A stretch of 64,000 bases of DNA from Dehalococcoidia bacterium. Its GTDB lineage: Bacteria; Chloroflexota; Dehalococcoidia; Lucifugimonadales; UBA3495. The number at the start of each line of letters is the position of its first letter. Positions within the stretch are counted from its first letter, which is position 1. Below are positions 44,489 to 54,201 of this stretch, piece by piece. Under the pieces are notes generated by a model. The model saw only the letters and a program-made list of their open reading frames with translations. It was not told the DNA's origin and ran no database searches. Location: assembly GCA_965220305.1 (NCBI GenBank), contig OZ244817.1:1571919-1635918 (forward strand), in the 5' to 3' direction. Both the position numbers and the translations under genes were made by a program.

Positions 44489-45928
44489 ATGCCAGGCAAC
44501 ATTGAAGACGATTACGGAATGCCGCTGTCAACCAGCTCACCCGCCGCCGCCGAGCTATTGGCCGACGGGCTGAAACGGCTGCTGTCCCAGAACGGGGGCA
44601 CCGAGGAGAAACTGGGGGAAGCCATCGAGCAGGACGAAGGCTTCGCCCTGGCCCACGGCTATATGGGCTACTGGAAGATGCAGCGGGCGCGCCCCCAGGA
44701 GGCCCGGGAGAGCATCGCCCGGGCGTTGGAACTGAGCGATGGCATCAGCCGCCGCGAACGGCAGCAGATTGAGGCCATCAACCTCTGGATTACCGGCAAG
44801 GGCCCCCAGTCCATCGCCCTTATCAAGGAGCACGTGACCGAATTTCCCCGGGACGCCCTGCTGCTGCGGCTGGCCCACCGGCTGTACATGCTGGGGTGCA
44901 GCGGCGCCGGCGTCGCCAACTTCCCTCCGGCCTACCTGGCCCTACTCCAGAGCATCGAGCCATACTGCGAGGGCGATTGGGCCTTCCTGGCCGAGTACGC
45001 CTTTGCCCACCACGAGACCGGCCAATTGGATGAGTCGCTACGACTGGCGGAGCGTTCCCTGTCAATCAACCCCACCAACGCCGTGGGCTGCCACTCGGCC
45101 ACCCACGTCTACTTCGAGCGGGGCGACGCCGGGGGCGGCGAGGACTTTCTGGGCGGTTGGCTGGAAGCCTTTGACGCCCCACCCAGTTCCTACGTTCATC
45201 TATCCTGGCACCTGGCCCTGTTCGAGCTGGCCCAGGGCCAGTACCAGGGGGCCCTGGACCGCTACGAGAACTACATCCGTCCTTCCGTAACCGGCAAGAG
45301 CAACGCCGCCCTGAACGACAGCGCCTCGTTGCTGTGGCGGATGCAGATTTACGGCGGCGCGCCGCCCCCCATGCCCTGGGACGAAGTATGCGTAATAGCC
45401 GCCCCCGCCGCCGAGCGGCCCGGCGCGGGCTTCCGGGACGGTCACGCCGCCCTGGCCTTCGCCGCCAACGGGGACAGCGAGTCCCTGGGCAAGATGACCA
45501 CCCGCCTGCGCACCGAAGCCAAGAACGGCAACCTGTTTTCCCGGGAGGTCGTGCTTCCCCTGGTGCTGGGCATCCAGGCCTTCGCCGAGGGCGACTATGC
45601 CGAATCGGTGCGGCAACTGGAGCCGGTGTTTCCCCAGTTGACCCGGGTGGGCGGCAGCCACGCCCAACGCGAGGTGTTTGAAGACACGGTGCTGGAAGCC
45701 TTCCTGCGGGCGGAGGAGTTCGGCAAGGCCCAGGCTATGCTGGACAGCCGTCTGCGGCTGCGGGAGACGGTGCGGGACACCTTCTGGCTGGGACGGGTGC
45801 AGGCGGGACAGGGGCAGATGGAGGAGGCCCAGGTCAGCCTGAACCGGGCCAACTCTGCCTGGCAGAAGGGCGACCAGGACTCACCGGAAATAGCCAACCT
45901 GCACCGCCTGGCGACAGCCGCCAGCTAG
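44489..45928 (+). CDS. TPR protein of the TTC38-like family
   Basis: DDYGMPLSTSSPAAAELLADGLKRLLS...DEGFALAHGYMGY...; ATG 44489 preceded by AGGGGGA. Confidence 0.55.
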   Translation: MPGNIEDDYGMPLSTSSPAAAELLADGLKRLLSQNGGTEEKLGEAIEQDEGFALAHGYMGYWKMQRARPQEARESIARALELSDGISRRERQQIEAINLWITGKGPQSIALIKEHVTEFPRDALLLRLAHRLYMLGCSGAGVANFPPAYLALLQSIEPYCEGDWAFLAEYAFAHHETGQLDESLRLAERSLSINPTNAVGCHSATHVYFERGDAGGGEDFLGGWLEAFDAPPSSYVHLSWHLALFELAQGQYQGALDRYENYIRPSVTGKSNAALNDSASLLWRMQIYGGAPPPMPWDEVCVIAAPAAERPGAGFRDGHAALAFAANGDSESLGKMTTRLRTEAKNGNLFSREVVLPLVLGIQAFAEGDYAESVRQLEPVFPQLTRVGGSHAQREVFEDTVLEAFLRAEEFGKAQAMLDSRLRLRETVRDTFWLGRVQAGQGQMEEAQVSLNRANSAWQKGDQDSPEIANLHRLATAAS

Positions 45929-46031
45929 ACCATCCTGAGAACGTCAAGTCACGGGCAGATCAGCGACTTTTGAGCGAGACCTATAGTTGGGATGCCAAGA
46001 GCCCCGGAATATAATCGAGAGAGGATATGAC

Positions 46032-46415
46032 ATGGGAGCAACCCACGTAACCGTTGCCATCCGGAACCCGGCTGAACCCAACCGAGTTTGGGAAGGACTC
46101 TTCCTGGTTGACACAGGAGCGACCGATTGCCTCGTGCCCAGGCAACACCTGGAAGCCATCGGACTCGTACCGAAGGGACAACGGACCTACAACCTCGCCG
46201 ACGGCAGCGAGATAAGAATGGATGTTACAGTCGCGCAGGTAGAGTTCATGGGAGAAACCGTCGGGAGCACCATTGTCTACGGTGCGGCGGACGCTGAGCC
46301 GCTGCTGGGAGTGACCGCGCTGGAATCGGCGGGCATCGAGGTAGACCCCCTCAACCAGAGCCTCAAGAGGCTTCCGGCGGTGCGGATGCGGGGTTATCGG
46401 GTACGGCGCCGGTAA
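46032..46415 (+). CDS. retropepsin-like (clan AA) aspartic protease
   Basis: LFLVDTGATDCLVP active-site motif; about 127 aa. Confidence 0.7.
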   Translation: MGATHVTVAIRNPAEPNRVWEGLFLVDTGATDCLVPRQHLEAIGLVPKGQRTYNLADGSEIRMDVTVAQVEFMGETVGSTIVYGAADAEPLLGVTALESAGIEVDPLNQSLKRLPAVRMRGYRVRRR

Positions 46416-46499
46416 TCAGGTAGCCATCGCCCGGCCTCTCGGGGCCTCCAACAGGTTCCAACCATCCGTCATCATTTGGCACACCAAAAGGAGCAAGCA

Positions 46500-46787
46500 A
46501 TGTCAGGTTATGTAATCGCCGAGGTTGAAGTGACTGACCCGGCGGTGTTCGAGGAGTACCGGGGTCAGGTATCCGCCACCATCGAGCAGTACGGCGGAAA
46601 GTACATCGTGCGCGGCGGCGAGCACGAGAAGCTAGAAGGTGACTGGACGCCCAAACGACTGGTAATAATCCAGTTCGAGAGCGTGGCCCGGGCCAAGGAG
46701 TGGTACTACTCCGCCGAGTACGAAGGCCCCAAGGCGCTGCGGCACAAGTCGGCCAACACCAACGTGGTAATAGTTGAGGGGGCGTAG
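46500..46787 (+). CDS. DUF1330 domain protein
   Basis: MSGYVIAEVEVTDPAVFEEYRGQV...GGKYIVRGGEHEKLEGDW.PKRLVIIQFES...A..WYYS.EY; AAGGAG RBS. Confidence 0.8.
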   Translation: MSGYVIAEVEVTDPAVFEEYRGQVSATIEQYGGKYIVRGGEHEKLEGDWTPKRLVIIQFESVARAKEWYYSAEYEGPKALRHKSANTNVVIVEGA

Positions 46788-47173
46788 AGGAATTGCCCCA
46801 ATCCGGACAGGAGGCTATGCGACGCTGCCCGGTAATGTTTCACGGCAATGCCAGGAATCCCCGCCCCTCGTCCCGGTGGAGGGGATAGCAGGTCGCCGTA
46901 CCGTTCCCGCAAGAGAGACTCAATTTCTGCGGTGGGGCCGTTGCCCAGGGTAATCAGGATAACCTTCGGCGAATGCCCAAGGTTTGCACTCAGGTCCCGG
47001 AAATCGGAATCTTTTGTTACAACGATGAAGCCGCGCTCTTTGGCATATTCCCAAATCACATCGTCGTCGGTCTCCCGCATCGCAGCATTCCTGACGTGGA
47101 GTGATGCCGGGTAAAGGTCTGCCAAAAGCCTCGGCAACTCCGGCGATAGATTCTGGTCGAATAGTAGTTTCAA
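46706..47173 (-). CDS. DUF5615 (Mut7-C/PIN-like) putative toxin
   Basis: MKLLFDQNLSPELPRLLADLYP...DDDVIWEYAKERGFIVVTKDSDF. ATGA overlap with the upstream DUF433 gene. The 3' tail overlaps the DUF1330 gene by 82 nt. Confidence 0.7.
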   Translation of the reverse strand: MKLLFDQNLSPELPRLLADLYPASLHVRNAAMRETDDDVIWEYAKERGFIVVTKDSDFRDLSANLGHSPKVILITLGNGPTAEIESLLRERYGDLLSPPPGRGAGIPGIAVKHYRAASHSLLSGLGQFLYAPSTITTLVLADLCRSALGPSYSAE

Positions 47174-47769
47174 GGGGTTGGCAGAGACCGGAGTCGCCTA
47201 TCCAGGTCAGCCGCGAAAGCCCGGCATATATCCAGGTCTTCCTGGGTTAGGTCGGGGAAGTCATGCAGGACTTCAGCATCGGACATACCCCCCGCCAGGT
47301 ATTCCAGTACGTCGTAAACGGTCATACGGATACGGCGGATGCAGGGCTGACCGGTGCGCTTGCCCGGTTCAATGGTGATAATATGGCTGAACTTCCCAAC
47401 GGATTCCAGGGCCATCCGGTGCTGCGTAACTATCCGGTCCAGACCGCCGGCGGCTTTGATCGCGGCTTGATGCCGTTCCAACTCCAAGCCCAATTCACTG
47501 GCGGCCTCCAGCGCCTTCCGCTGCTGCTCTATTATCCGCTCCAAACCGCCGTTGGAATCCAGAACGGCTTTTCGACGTTCCAGCGCCCGGCTTAAATCGC
47601 CGCCATATTCCAGGGCCGTTTTGTGTTGTTGCAACACCCGGGCCAGCTCGTCGGCCGCCTCCTGCGCTCGTTTGTGCTGATACAGCACATGGTCCAAACC
47701 CCATACGGCTTCCTTAACCATACGCTGCTGCTCCAAGACCCGGTCAAAGTCGTGTAATTTCTCGCCCAC
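47170..47769 (-). CDS. DUF433 putative antitoxin with a 7 x 17-aa repeat N-terminal extension
   Basis: C-terminus ITIEPGKRTGQPCIRRIRMTVYDVLEYLAGGMSDAEVLHDFPDLTQEDLDICRAFAA. N-terminal units have the form L-RvLeQh+-AlEa-G-. Confidence 0.75.
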   Translation of the reverse strand: MGEKLHDFDRVLEQQRMVKEAVWGLDHVLYQHKRAQEAADELARVLQQHKTALEYGGDLSRALERRKAVLDSNGGLERIIEQQRKALEAASELGLELERHQAAIKAAGGLDRIVTQHRMALESVGKFSHIITIEPGKRTGQPCIRRIRMTVYDVLEYLAGGMSDAEVLHDFPDLTQEDLDICRAFAADLDRRLRSLPTP

Positions 47770-47823
47770 AATGCCCTCTGTCGTCGCTGTCGTTGCCAGT
47801 CAATGGTAGCACCGCAGCATAAG

Positions 47824-47849
47824 AGATTCCTGATTTCGCGGGAATGGCG
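47824..47849 (-). repeat. REP-like unit, diverged
   Basis: agattcctgatttcgcgggaatggcg. Confidence 0.45.
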
Positions 47850-47942
47850 ATTGCCCAGGGCCTGGGCAGCCCAAATGCGGTTGCCCCGCGGGAATGAAGG
47901 AGTGAATACCCCGCTTACCCGGCCCGGAGCGAAGGACGCCCC

Positions 47943-50900
47943 CTAACTCCCCAGCAACGCCGCCACCGCCGCCTCTACCTCCGCGCCCTCGGGAGAGGAC
48001 CGCAGCCACTTCCGCAACTCCCGCCGGGCGATGGTTACGGTGAGCTTCTCGCCCCTTTCTGACCGCAACTCTTTCAGTTTCCGCGCCGCCCCGGCCGACG
48101 CCCGTTCCCCGGCCTTGCTTATGCTGATGTGCAGTTTGTTCTCCGGGTCAAACTCTGGTATCGACAGCTTCCACAGGTGCTTGTGCAGGTCCCGCGCCCC
48201 GAATTGGCCTTTGGACATTAGAGGGACTACCGCTTCAGACAATGCATCGCTATTGATGATGGCCAACAGATAGTTGGCTTCGCCTTTACTCTTGCAGGTA
48301 ATCCAATAAAGAAGATGGTCAAGAAAGACATCTGAACCATCAATCAACGCCGCTGTCGGTTCTCCTGACTTGGAGTAACCTATGCGAATCGGCCGCTCTC
48401 CGGGACTCTTTTGCCATTCCAGTTGCGACGATAACTTGTGCAGGTAGTCTATCTGTCCCAACAAGTCCAGCTTATTGGTAGGAGCTTTGTTCTCCCCCCA
48501 TAACCCACTGATGGTCTGCCAGCGTTCACGCATCCGGCGTTCCAACCCACCCAGCCGGATACCGCCGGGCCCGTTATTATCGGTAGGTACGGCGGCGTCT
48601 CCCTGCTTTAGCGGCAGCAACGCTTGTAGAGGCTCAAGGGTGACGTAGGGAGCGATTGTCTCTCCCAGATGAACGTCAAAGAGGTGAGCCTTTTCTACGG
48701 TCTGGCCCGTAAAGGCTGTCAGGTCAAGACCTTTCCAGGGCGCTTTGTCCTGCGCGCCCCGCCGGGGGTTAACGGTGACGGTCTGGCCTGCTTGGACTAT
48801 CGCAGTGTTCGTAGTTTCGTTGACGAAGAAGAGGCAGCGGGGAACGATTGACGCACCCTGCCTCGACAGGGCAGCGTAGGGCGAATCCCCAACGGCCCCG
48901 GTGTCGGTGATGCCGGCGGACTCCCGATGCACGTCGGCAACGCCGGCTTGGCCCCGCCACCGTTCAACCCTTCCAGCAAGGGGTTTCCCCAAGGTGTCCG
49001 GCGGGCACTTTTGGGCGAAAACTACCGACGCCGGGACCGGGAAGAAGGTGTTGGGTTCCAGCCGCTCCAGGTCCCAGGCCGGCTTCAGGGTAAAGTCCAC
49101 GTGAACGCTCTGGCCAATGGTTCGCGGCTGCCACCGTCCGCTGCGCCACTTGCTGTACTGCCCGGCCTGCAACGCGCTGTGGGGCAGCACAAAGCCGATG
49201 ACGCCGCCGTCCTTCAGGTAGAGGTCAACGCTGCGGGCGAAGAACAGCCCGGCCACGTCCTGATGGGTGGCGTAGCGGCCACCGGCCCAAATGTCGTAGC
49301 GGTCCCGGCTGAGGCTTTGCAACCCGGTGCGCAGGATGTCAGCGGTCTGATTGTAGTTTAGCCAGGGCGGGTTGCCGATGACCACGTCCACCTTGGCCCG
49401 GGACAGGGCCACCGGGCGCACCATGTTGCGGGTGTAGTAGGCCCAGATGTGGTCGCGGCCCCGGGCGTGGAGCCGCCGCATGGCCGCGATGGTCTCACCG
49501 ATAGTTTTCCGCTCGCCGGCATCGCTTATGTGGTTGTCGTCCAGGGCCAGTAGAGGGTCGTCGCCGACTTCAATATATTCAGCAATGTCCCCCATCAGGG
49601 CGTCGAAGTTCTCGGCCCGTTCCACCAGGCTGACGGGAAAGACAAGCTGGGTATTCTCTTCGTCCTGGGCTTGAATCGTTATCTCCCGCTCGGCGAACAT
49701 ATCCCCGGTGCGGAAACGCAGTTGCAGGGCGTCGCCCAGGTAAACCGGGATGGACAGGGAGGCGTCGAAACCGGCATCGCCGGCGGCCGTGATGGCAGGC
49801 CGGGCGGCCAGCGTCCAAGCGGCCCGGGCCAGGTGCACCGCCACCGGGTGAACGTCGATGCCGGTAACCGCATCCCGCAGGCGATTAAGGACTTCCTTGG
49901 GTTCCCAGTTGGTTTGGCCGGCGGCAGCGATGAAGTGGGCCACCGCCTCGGCCACGAAGGTGCCGGAGCCGCAAGGCCGGGTCCAGCGCCCGCTGACGCA
50001 GGGGGTCGGTCACCAACTCCTGGACCATGGCGCGGGCCAGCCAGGTGGGGGTGTAGTATTCACCCAACTGCCGCCGCTCTTCCGGCGGAATGACGGTCTC
50101 GTACAGGGTGGCGGCGATGTCCGGCGGGGCCGCTGTCCAGTTGAACCGGGCCACCCGGCGGCCCAGGGTTTGCAGCAGGGGGTTGCCGCCAACTTCACTC
50201 GGCCAGGCGAAGAAGTCTGATTCCAACACCCCCTGTAGGCCGGTGGCGCGATGCAATTCCCGGCCCTGAAGCAGGTCGGCGGGGTCCGTGGCGGCCAGCC
50301 GGCGGATGTCGATGCCGAAGGAGGCCTGCACCACCATGCCGATTACGGCGCCCAGGTAGGTGTGGCGGATGAACAGGTCATCCATTTCTTCGGGGCTACC
50401 GGCGATTTCACCCAGGGCGGTACGCAACAAGTCATGCCACAACTGGCGTTTGACCCGGATGGTCTCCAGGCCAGCGTTGTTTCCGTACAGCGTTTTAAGG
50501 GCGGCGATGTCTCTCTGGTAGGAAGGACTCCCAGGCCCGAAATGTCCGGCGATGCCCGCAGCGTCGGGAGTGATGTTTTCCAGAGAGACGAGGGCCTCGT
50601 CCCGCAGCCACTCGTAAAGGAGGAACCAACGGTCGGCGGAGTCCAAGGTGAAGGCGTAGGGGCGGGTCAGCTTAACCTCACCGGCCCCGGGCCAGCGCAG
50701 CAGCCAGCGCCGGCCATCGGTCAGGACGCCCATACGCACCCGTCCCTGCCTTGCCGATTGGTCCAGGTAGTCGTCCAGTTGCTCGACGTTTTCCGGGTCG
50801 GGTTCCCCGCCGTGGACAGTGCCAACCCGCCGCTTGAACTCGATGAAGGTATCCAGGGCCGTCAGGTCAACGGCCCGGCGGGAGGTATCCGAGGGTGGGT

Positions 50901-51072
50901 TTTCCTCGTTAATCTGCTCGTCTTGGGCCAGGCCGGTCAGGATGAGGAAGTCGCGCACCGCGGAGGTGATGTTGGCTTCGGCCTCAAAGTTGTCGTGCCG
51001 CCGCAGAATTTGGGCAGCGGCCATCTCATACTTGGGGTCGCCAGTATCCAGATGTTCGCTCATACCGGTCAT
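47943..51072 (-). pseudogene. fused PD-ExK endonuclease / N6-adenine DNA methyltransferase / specificity-domain enzyme (type IIG/IIL, MmeI-like), split by a +1 frameshift near 49973
   Basis: ORFs 49885..51072 and 47943..49955 join as ...EYYTPTWLARAMVQELV...ALDPA|CGSGTFVAEAVAHF... if one T in GCCTTGC (plus-strand AA 49973-49974) is removed. Motif IV VVIGNPPWLNY. N-terminal VDLTALDTFIEFKRR. Confidence 0.75.
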
Positions 51073-51144
51073 CTTACCTCAACAAAACCATCTTATACTC
51101 TGCAATATCCTTTCTCAACGCTCCTGCAAAGAAGGGGAGTCAAT

Positions 51145-51328
51145 CAGGGTCTTTTCATTCTCGTCTCACCTGGTCATCCCGTACTTTTCTGTCATTCTGA
51201 GCAGAGCGAAGAATCTAAAGTTCTTGCCCACATCGCTTTTCTCCGGTACTCGGACGAGGTCCCGGATGAGGGATTTCAGATTCTTCGCTTCGCTCAGAAT
51301 GACATTTGCTGAAAATGAAAAGGCCCTG
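51145..51328 (+). mobile_element. 184-bp MITE, copy 3
   Basis: Flanked by GGGAGTCAAT (51135-51144) and GGGCGTCAAT (51329-51338). Lies 73 bp upstream of the RM gene start. Confidence 0.85.
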
Positions 51329-51407
51329 GGGCGTCAATCCAGGACGATTGCAAAGTTGTTCGATTCGCGCCGTCCGCTCGGTTATGGCAAGACTCCAAGG
51401 TTGGAAC

Positions 51408-51437
51408 TGTGGATTCCCGCTTTCGCGGGAAAGACGG
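51408..51437 (-). repeat. REP-like palindromic unit
   Basis: ctgtggattcccgctttcgcgggaaagacgg. Confidence 0.7.
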
Positions 51438-51559
51438 GTTGGGGGCATATTCCACTGTATGGAAGGACTTTGCAATCGTCCTGGCGTCAATCGACGTATA
51501 GTAGACCACTGGGTAAATTGGTATATAATTCTCCCACGCTCTAGCTCCCAGGAGGTTAA

Positions 51560-52303
51560 ATGCAGCACCAAGGAAGGGTGGCCCTGGTTACGGGCTCCGG
51601 CAGGAATATCGGGCGCACCATTGCCCTGACCCTGGCTAAGGAGGGGGCCAACGTGGTGATCAATGCCCGCTCCAACCGGGGCGAAGCGGAAACCGTGGCC
51701 GAGGAGGCCCGGGCCCTGGGGGTCAAGGCCTTGCCGCTGCTGGCCGACGTGGGAGACCGGGAGCAACTGGAGGGGCTGCTGGATTCGGCCCTGACCGAGT
51801 TCGGGCGCATCGACATGGTGATTAACAACGCCTCCATCCGGCCCGGTCGTTCTTTTGTGGACATGACCTACGAGGACTGGCGTCATGTCATGGCTACTGA
51901 CCTGGACTCGGCCTTCCTCTGCACCAAGGCGGCCCTGCCGGGGATGCTGGAGCGGAAATGGGGGCGGGTTATCAACATCAGCGGATTGCAGGCTTTCCAG
52001 GGACGCCACGGCGGGGCCCACATATCGGCGTCCAAGGTAGGGCTGATTGGCCTGACCCGGGCCCTGGCCACCGAACTGGCGCCCAACGGCATCCGGGTCA
52101 ACTGCGTGGTGCCCGGTATGATTGACACCACCCGGGAAGGCCAGACCGTCACCCGCACCCCATCACGCCTGGAAGACATCCCTTCGGGGCGTATGGGCAC
52201 CACCCAGGACATAGCCTCCCTGTGCGCTTTCCTCTGCTCCGACGACGCCGACTACATTACCGGACAGACCATCCACGTTAACGGTGGGGAGCGCAATTTC
52301 TAG
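51560..52303 (+). CDS. SDR-family oxidoreductase (FabG-like)
   Basis: VALVTGSGRNIGRTIAL...NNAS...; catalytic-region SASKVGLIGLTRALA. Confidence 0.85.
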   Translation: MQHQGRVALVTGSGRNIGRTIALTLAKEGANVVINARSNRGEAETVAEEARALGVKALPLLADVGDREQLEGLLDSALTEFGRIDMVINNASIRPGRSFVDMTYEDWRHVMATDLDSAFLCTKAALPGMLERKWGRVINISGLQAFQGRHGGAHISASKVGLIGLTRALATELAPNGIRVNCVVPGMIDTTREGQTVTRTPSRLEDIPSGRMGTTQDIASLCAFLCSDDADYITGQTIHVNGGERNF

Positions 52304-53525
52304 CCCGTCGGATACCACCGACACCCCACCCCCTTGGGGTCGTCGCCTGGCCGAGGTGGTCTGGGCCTTCCTGCCCCTTGGCTGGATTGCCTTTGGCGGC
52401 CCCCAGGCCCACATCGCCCTGCTTCAAGAACGCTTCGTGGAACGCCGCCAGTGGCTGGACGAGGAACGTTTCGTCGAGCTTCTGGGCTTGGGACAGGGCC
52501 TGCCCGGCCCCACTTCCACCCAGATGGTGGTGGCGGTGGGCACGGCCCGGGCCGGTCCCCTGGGGGGCCTGCTGGCCTTCTTCTGCTTCCTGCTTCCCGC
52601 AGCCACCATAATGACCCTGGCCGGCCTGGGGGTAAGCCAGTTCCTCAGCGCCGCCGACCGCCCGGTTTGGCTGGACGGCATCCAACCGGCCACGGTGGCC
52701 CTGGTGGCGGTGGCTGCCTGGCGACTGGGACGGGTGGTGGTCAACAGCCAACTGACGATGGGGCTGATGCTCATGGGAGCGGCGGTGGCAATATTGTGGC
52801 GGCAGCCCTGGATATTCCCCGCGCTGCTGGCTCTGGGGGGGCTGGTATCGGCGGTGGTCCTGCGTAACCAGAACAGCGAGCCGGGAACGGGGGGTGTGCC
52901 CCTGACCAACCTGGGCATCTCGCGTCCGGTGGGGGCGGTCCTGCTGCTGCTGTTCTTTGGGTTGCTGGGGGGACTGATTTTGGCCCGGCTAATGCTGGGC
53001 TGGACCTCCCTGGAATTGGCCGAGTCCTTCTACCGCATGGGTTCGCTGATTTTCGGCGGGGGTCAGGTGGTGCTGCCCATGATGCTGACCGAGGTGGTGG
53101 ATACCGGCTGGGTCACCGAGGAGCAGTTCCTGGACGGTTTCGCCCTGATGCTGGCGCTGCCCGGCCCCTTGTTCAGCTTCAGCGCCTACCTGGGTGCGGT
53201 GCACGGGGGAGTCCCCGGGGCGCTGATTGCCTTTGCCGGACTGTTCCTTCCCGGGGTGTTGATAATCTACGCGGTGCTGCCCTTCTGGGAGGGAATGCGC
53301 CGGCAGCCCCTGGCGCGTACCGCCCTGGTGGGGGTGAACGCCACGGCCATCGGGCTGGTGGTGGCGGTGGTGTTCCTGCTGTGGGGCAGCGCGGTGCATT
53401 CCCCTTCAGGGGCGGCCATTGCGCTGCTGGCCTTTGGCGCGGTAGCCTTCTTCCGAGTTCCTGCGCCTTTGGTCATCGTGGGGGCCGGGTTGTTGGGGTG
53501 GGGGTTCAGCCTGGCCGGGATTTAG
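52284..53525 (+). CDS. chrA: chromate transporter ChrA family (two CHR domains)
   Basis: GWIAFGGPQAHIALLQERFVERRQWLDEERFVELLGLGQGLPGPTSTQM and a second half IFGGGQVVLPMM...; GTG start overlaps the SDR stop. Confidence 0.8.
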   Translation: MGSAISSPSDTTDTPPPWGRRLAEVVWAFLPLGWIAFGGPQAHIALLQERFVERRQWLDEERFVELLGLGQGLPGPTSTQMVVAVGTARAGPLGGLLAFFCFLLPAATIMTLAGLGVSQFLSAADRPVWLDGIQPATVALVAVAAWRLGRVVVNSQLTMGLMLMGAAVAILWRQPWIFPALLALGGLVSAVVLRNQNSEPGTGGVPLTNLGISRPVGAVLLLLFFGLLGGLILARLMLGWTSLELAESFYRMGSLIFGGGQVVLPMMLTEVVDTGWVTEEQFLDGFALMLALPGPLFSFSAYLGAVHGGVPGALIAFAGLFLPGVLIIYAVLPFWEGMRRQPLARTALVGVNATAIGLVVAVVFLLWGSAVHSPSGAAIALLAFGAVAFFRVPAPLVIVGAGLLGWGFSLAGI

Positions 53526-53544
53526 AGGAGTGCGGGCGCTGCGT

Positions 53545-53775
53545 TCACATGGATTCTAAATGAGCGACGAACGCATCCACGTTAACGCCTTCATACTCCA
53601 ACTGCCTTTGAAAGTCATACCAAGGAATCGGCCCCCTTCTGAAGTCAAACTCCACAATGTGCGACGGATAATTCGGGTCTACATACCTAACAAAGCCGCC
53701 CTCCTCCGCCAAAAGTTCATATCCTATGCGGAGGAGGGTGGCATCGGCCTGGTCCCTGGAGATACGTTCAGGCAC
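53545..53775 (-). CDS. HicA/YcfA-like putative toxin
   Basis: 76 aa; ...GGFVRYVDPNYPSHIVEF...GPIPWYDFQRQLEYEGVNVDAFVAHL resembles the COG1724 pattern. 8-nt overlap with the upstream HicB-like gene. Confidence 0.45.
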   Translation of the reverse strand: MPERISRDQADATLLRIGYELLAEEGGFVRYVDPNYPSHIVEFDFRRGPIPWYDFQRQLEYEGVNVDAFVAHLESM

Positions 53776-54088
53776 TAACTAGAATCTCCATAGGAACGCT
53801 GACTGGATAGGTGCGGTGTATCGGGCTTACCCTATCAGCTTCAGCAATGAAGTTTGGTACGCCGTGGGAGTCCAGATAGTTCCTCAGCTTTTTGATTCCG
53901 TCATCACCGTCGCCAAAGTGCTTGATGAAGAAGTCTATGGCTTGCTGCACACGATTCTCTGCATCCTCACGGGTGTCGCCATAAACCGTCATCCCAGGCG
54001 GCTCCATGTAAGCCGCCCAACAGTCGTCCCTTTTCACTAACGAGACGGCGACTTGGAAATTTATCGTTACAGTCCTCCTCTCAGACAT
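53768..54088 (-). CDS. HicB-like (UPF0150) putative antitoxin
   Basis: ...DDCWAAYMEPPGMTVYGDTREDAENRVQQAIDFFIK is the classic HicB N-domain pattern. Confidence 0.6.
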   Translation of the reverse strand: MSERRTVTINFQVAVSLVKRDDCWAAYMEPPGMTVYGDTREDAENRVQQAIDFFIKHFGDGDDGIKKLRNYLDSHGVPNFIAEADRVSPIHRTYPVSVPMEILVSA

Positions 54089-54201
54089 TTCTAGCTCCTA
54101 TAATAGCCGTCAAATTGTTGGCGAGCGCAGACGGGGCGTACATGGGTGCGCCCTAAAACCAATGTCCGGGGCGGAGACGAGGCGGTGCCTACCAGGGCGG
54201 C

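Noticed and set aside
49885-49990. Programmed ribosomal frameshift or phase-variable switch joining the two RM ORFs.
   Set aside because: There is no slippery heptamer, homopolymer or short tandem repeat at the junction (GCCTTGCGGC). A simple indel (mutation or sequencing error) is more parsimonious.
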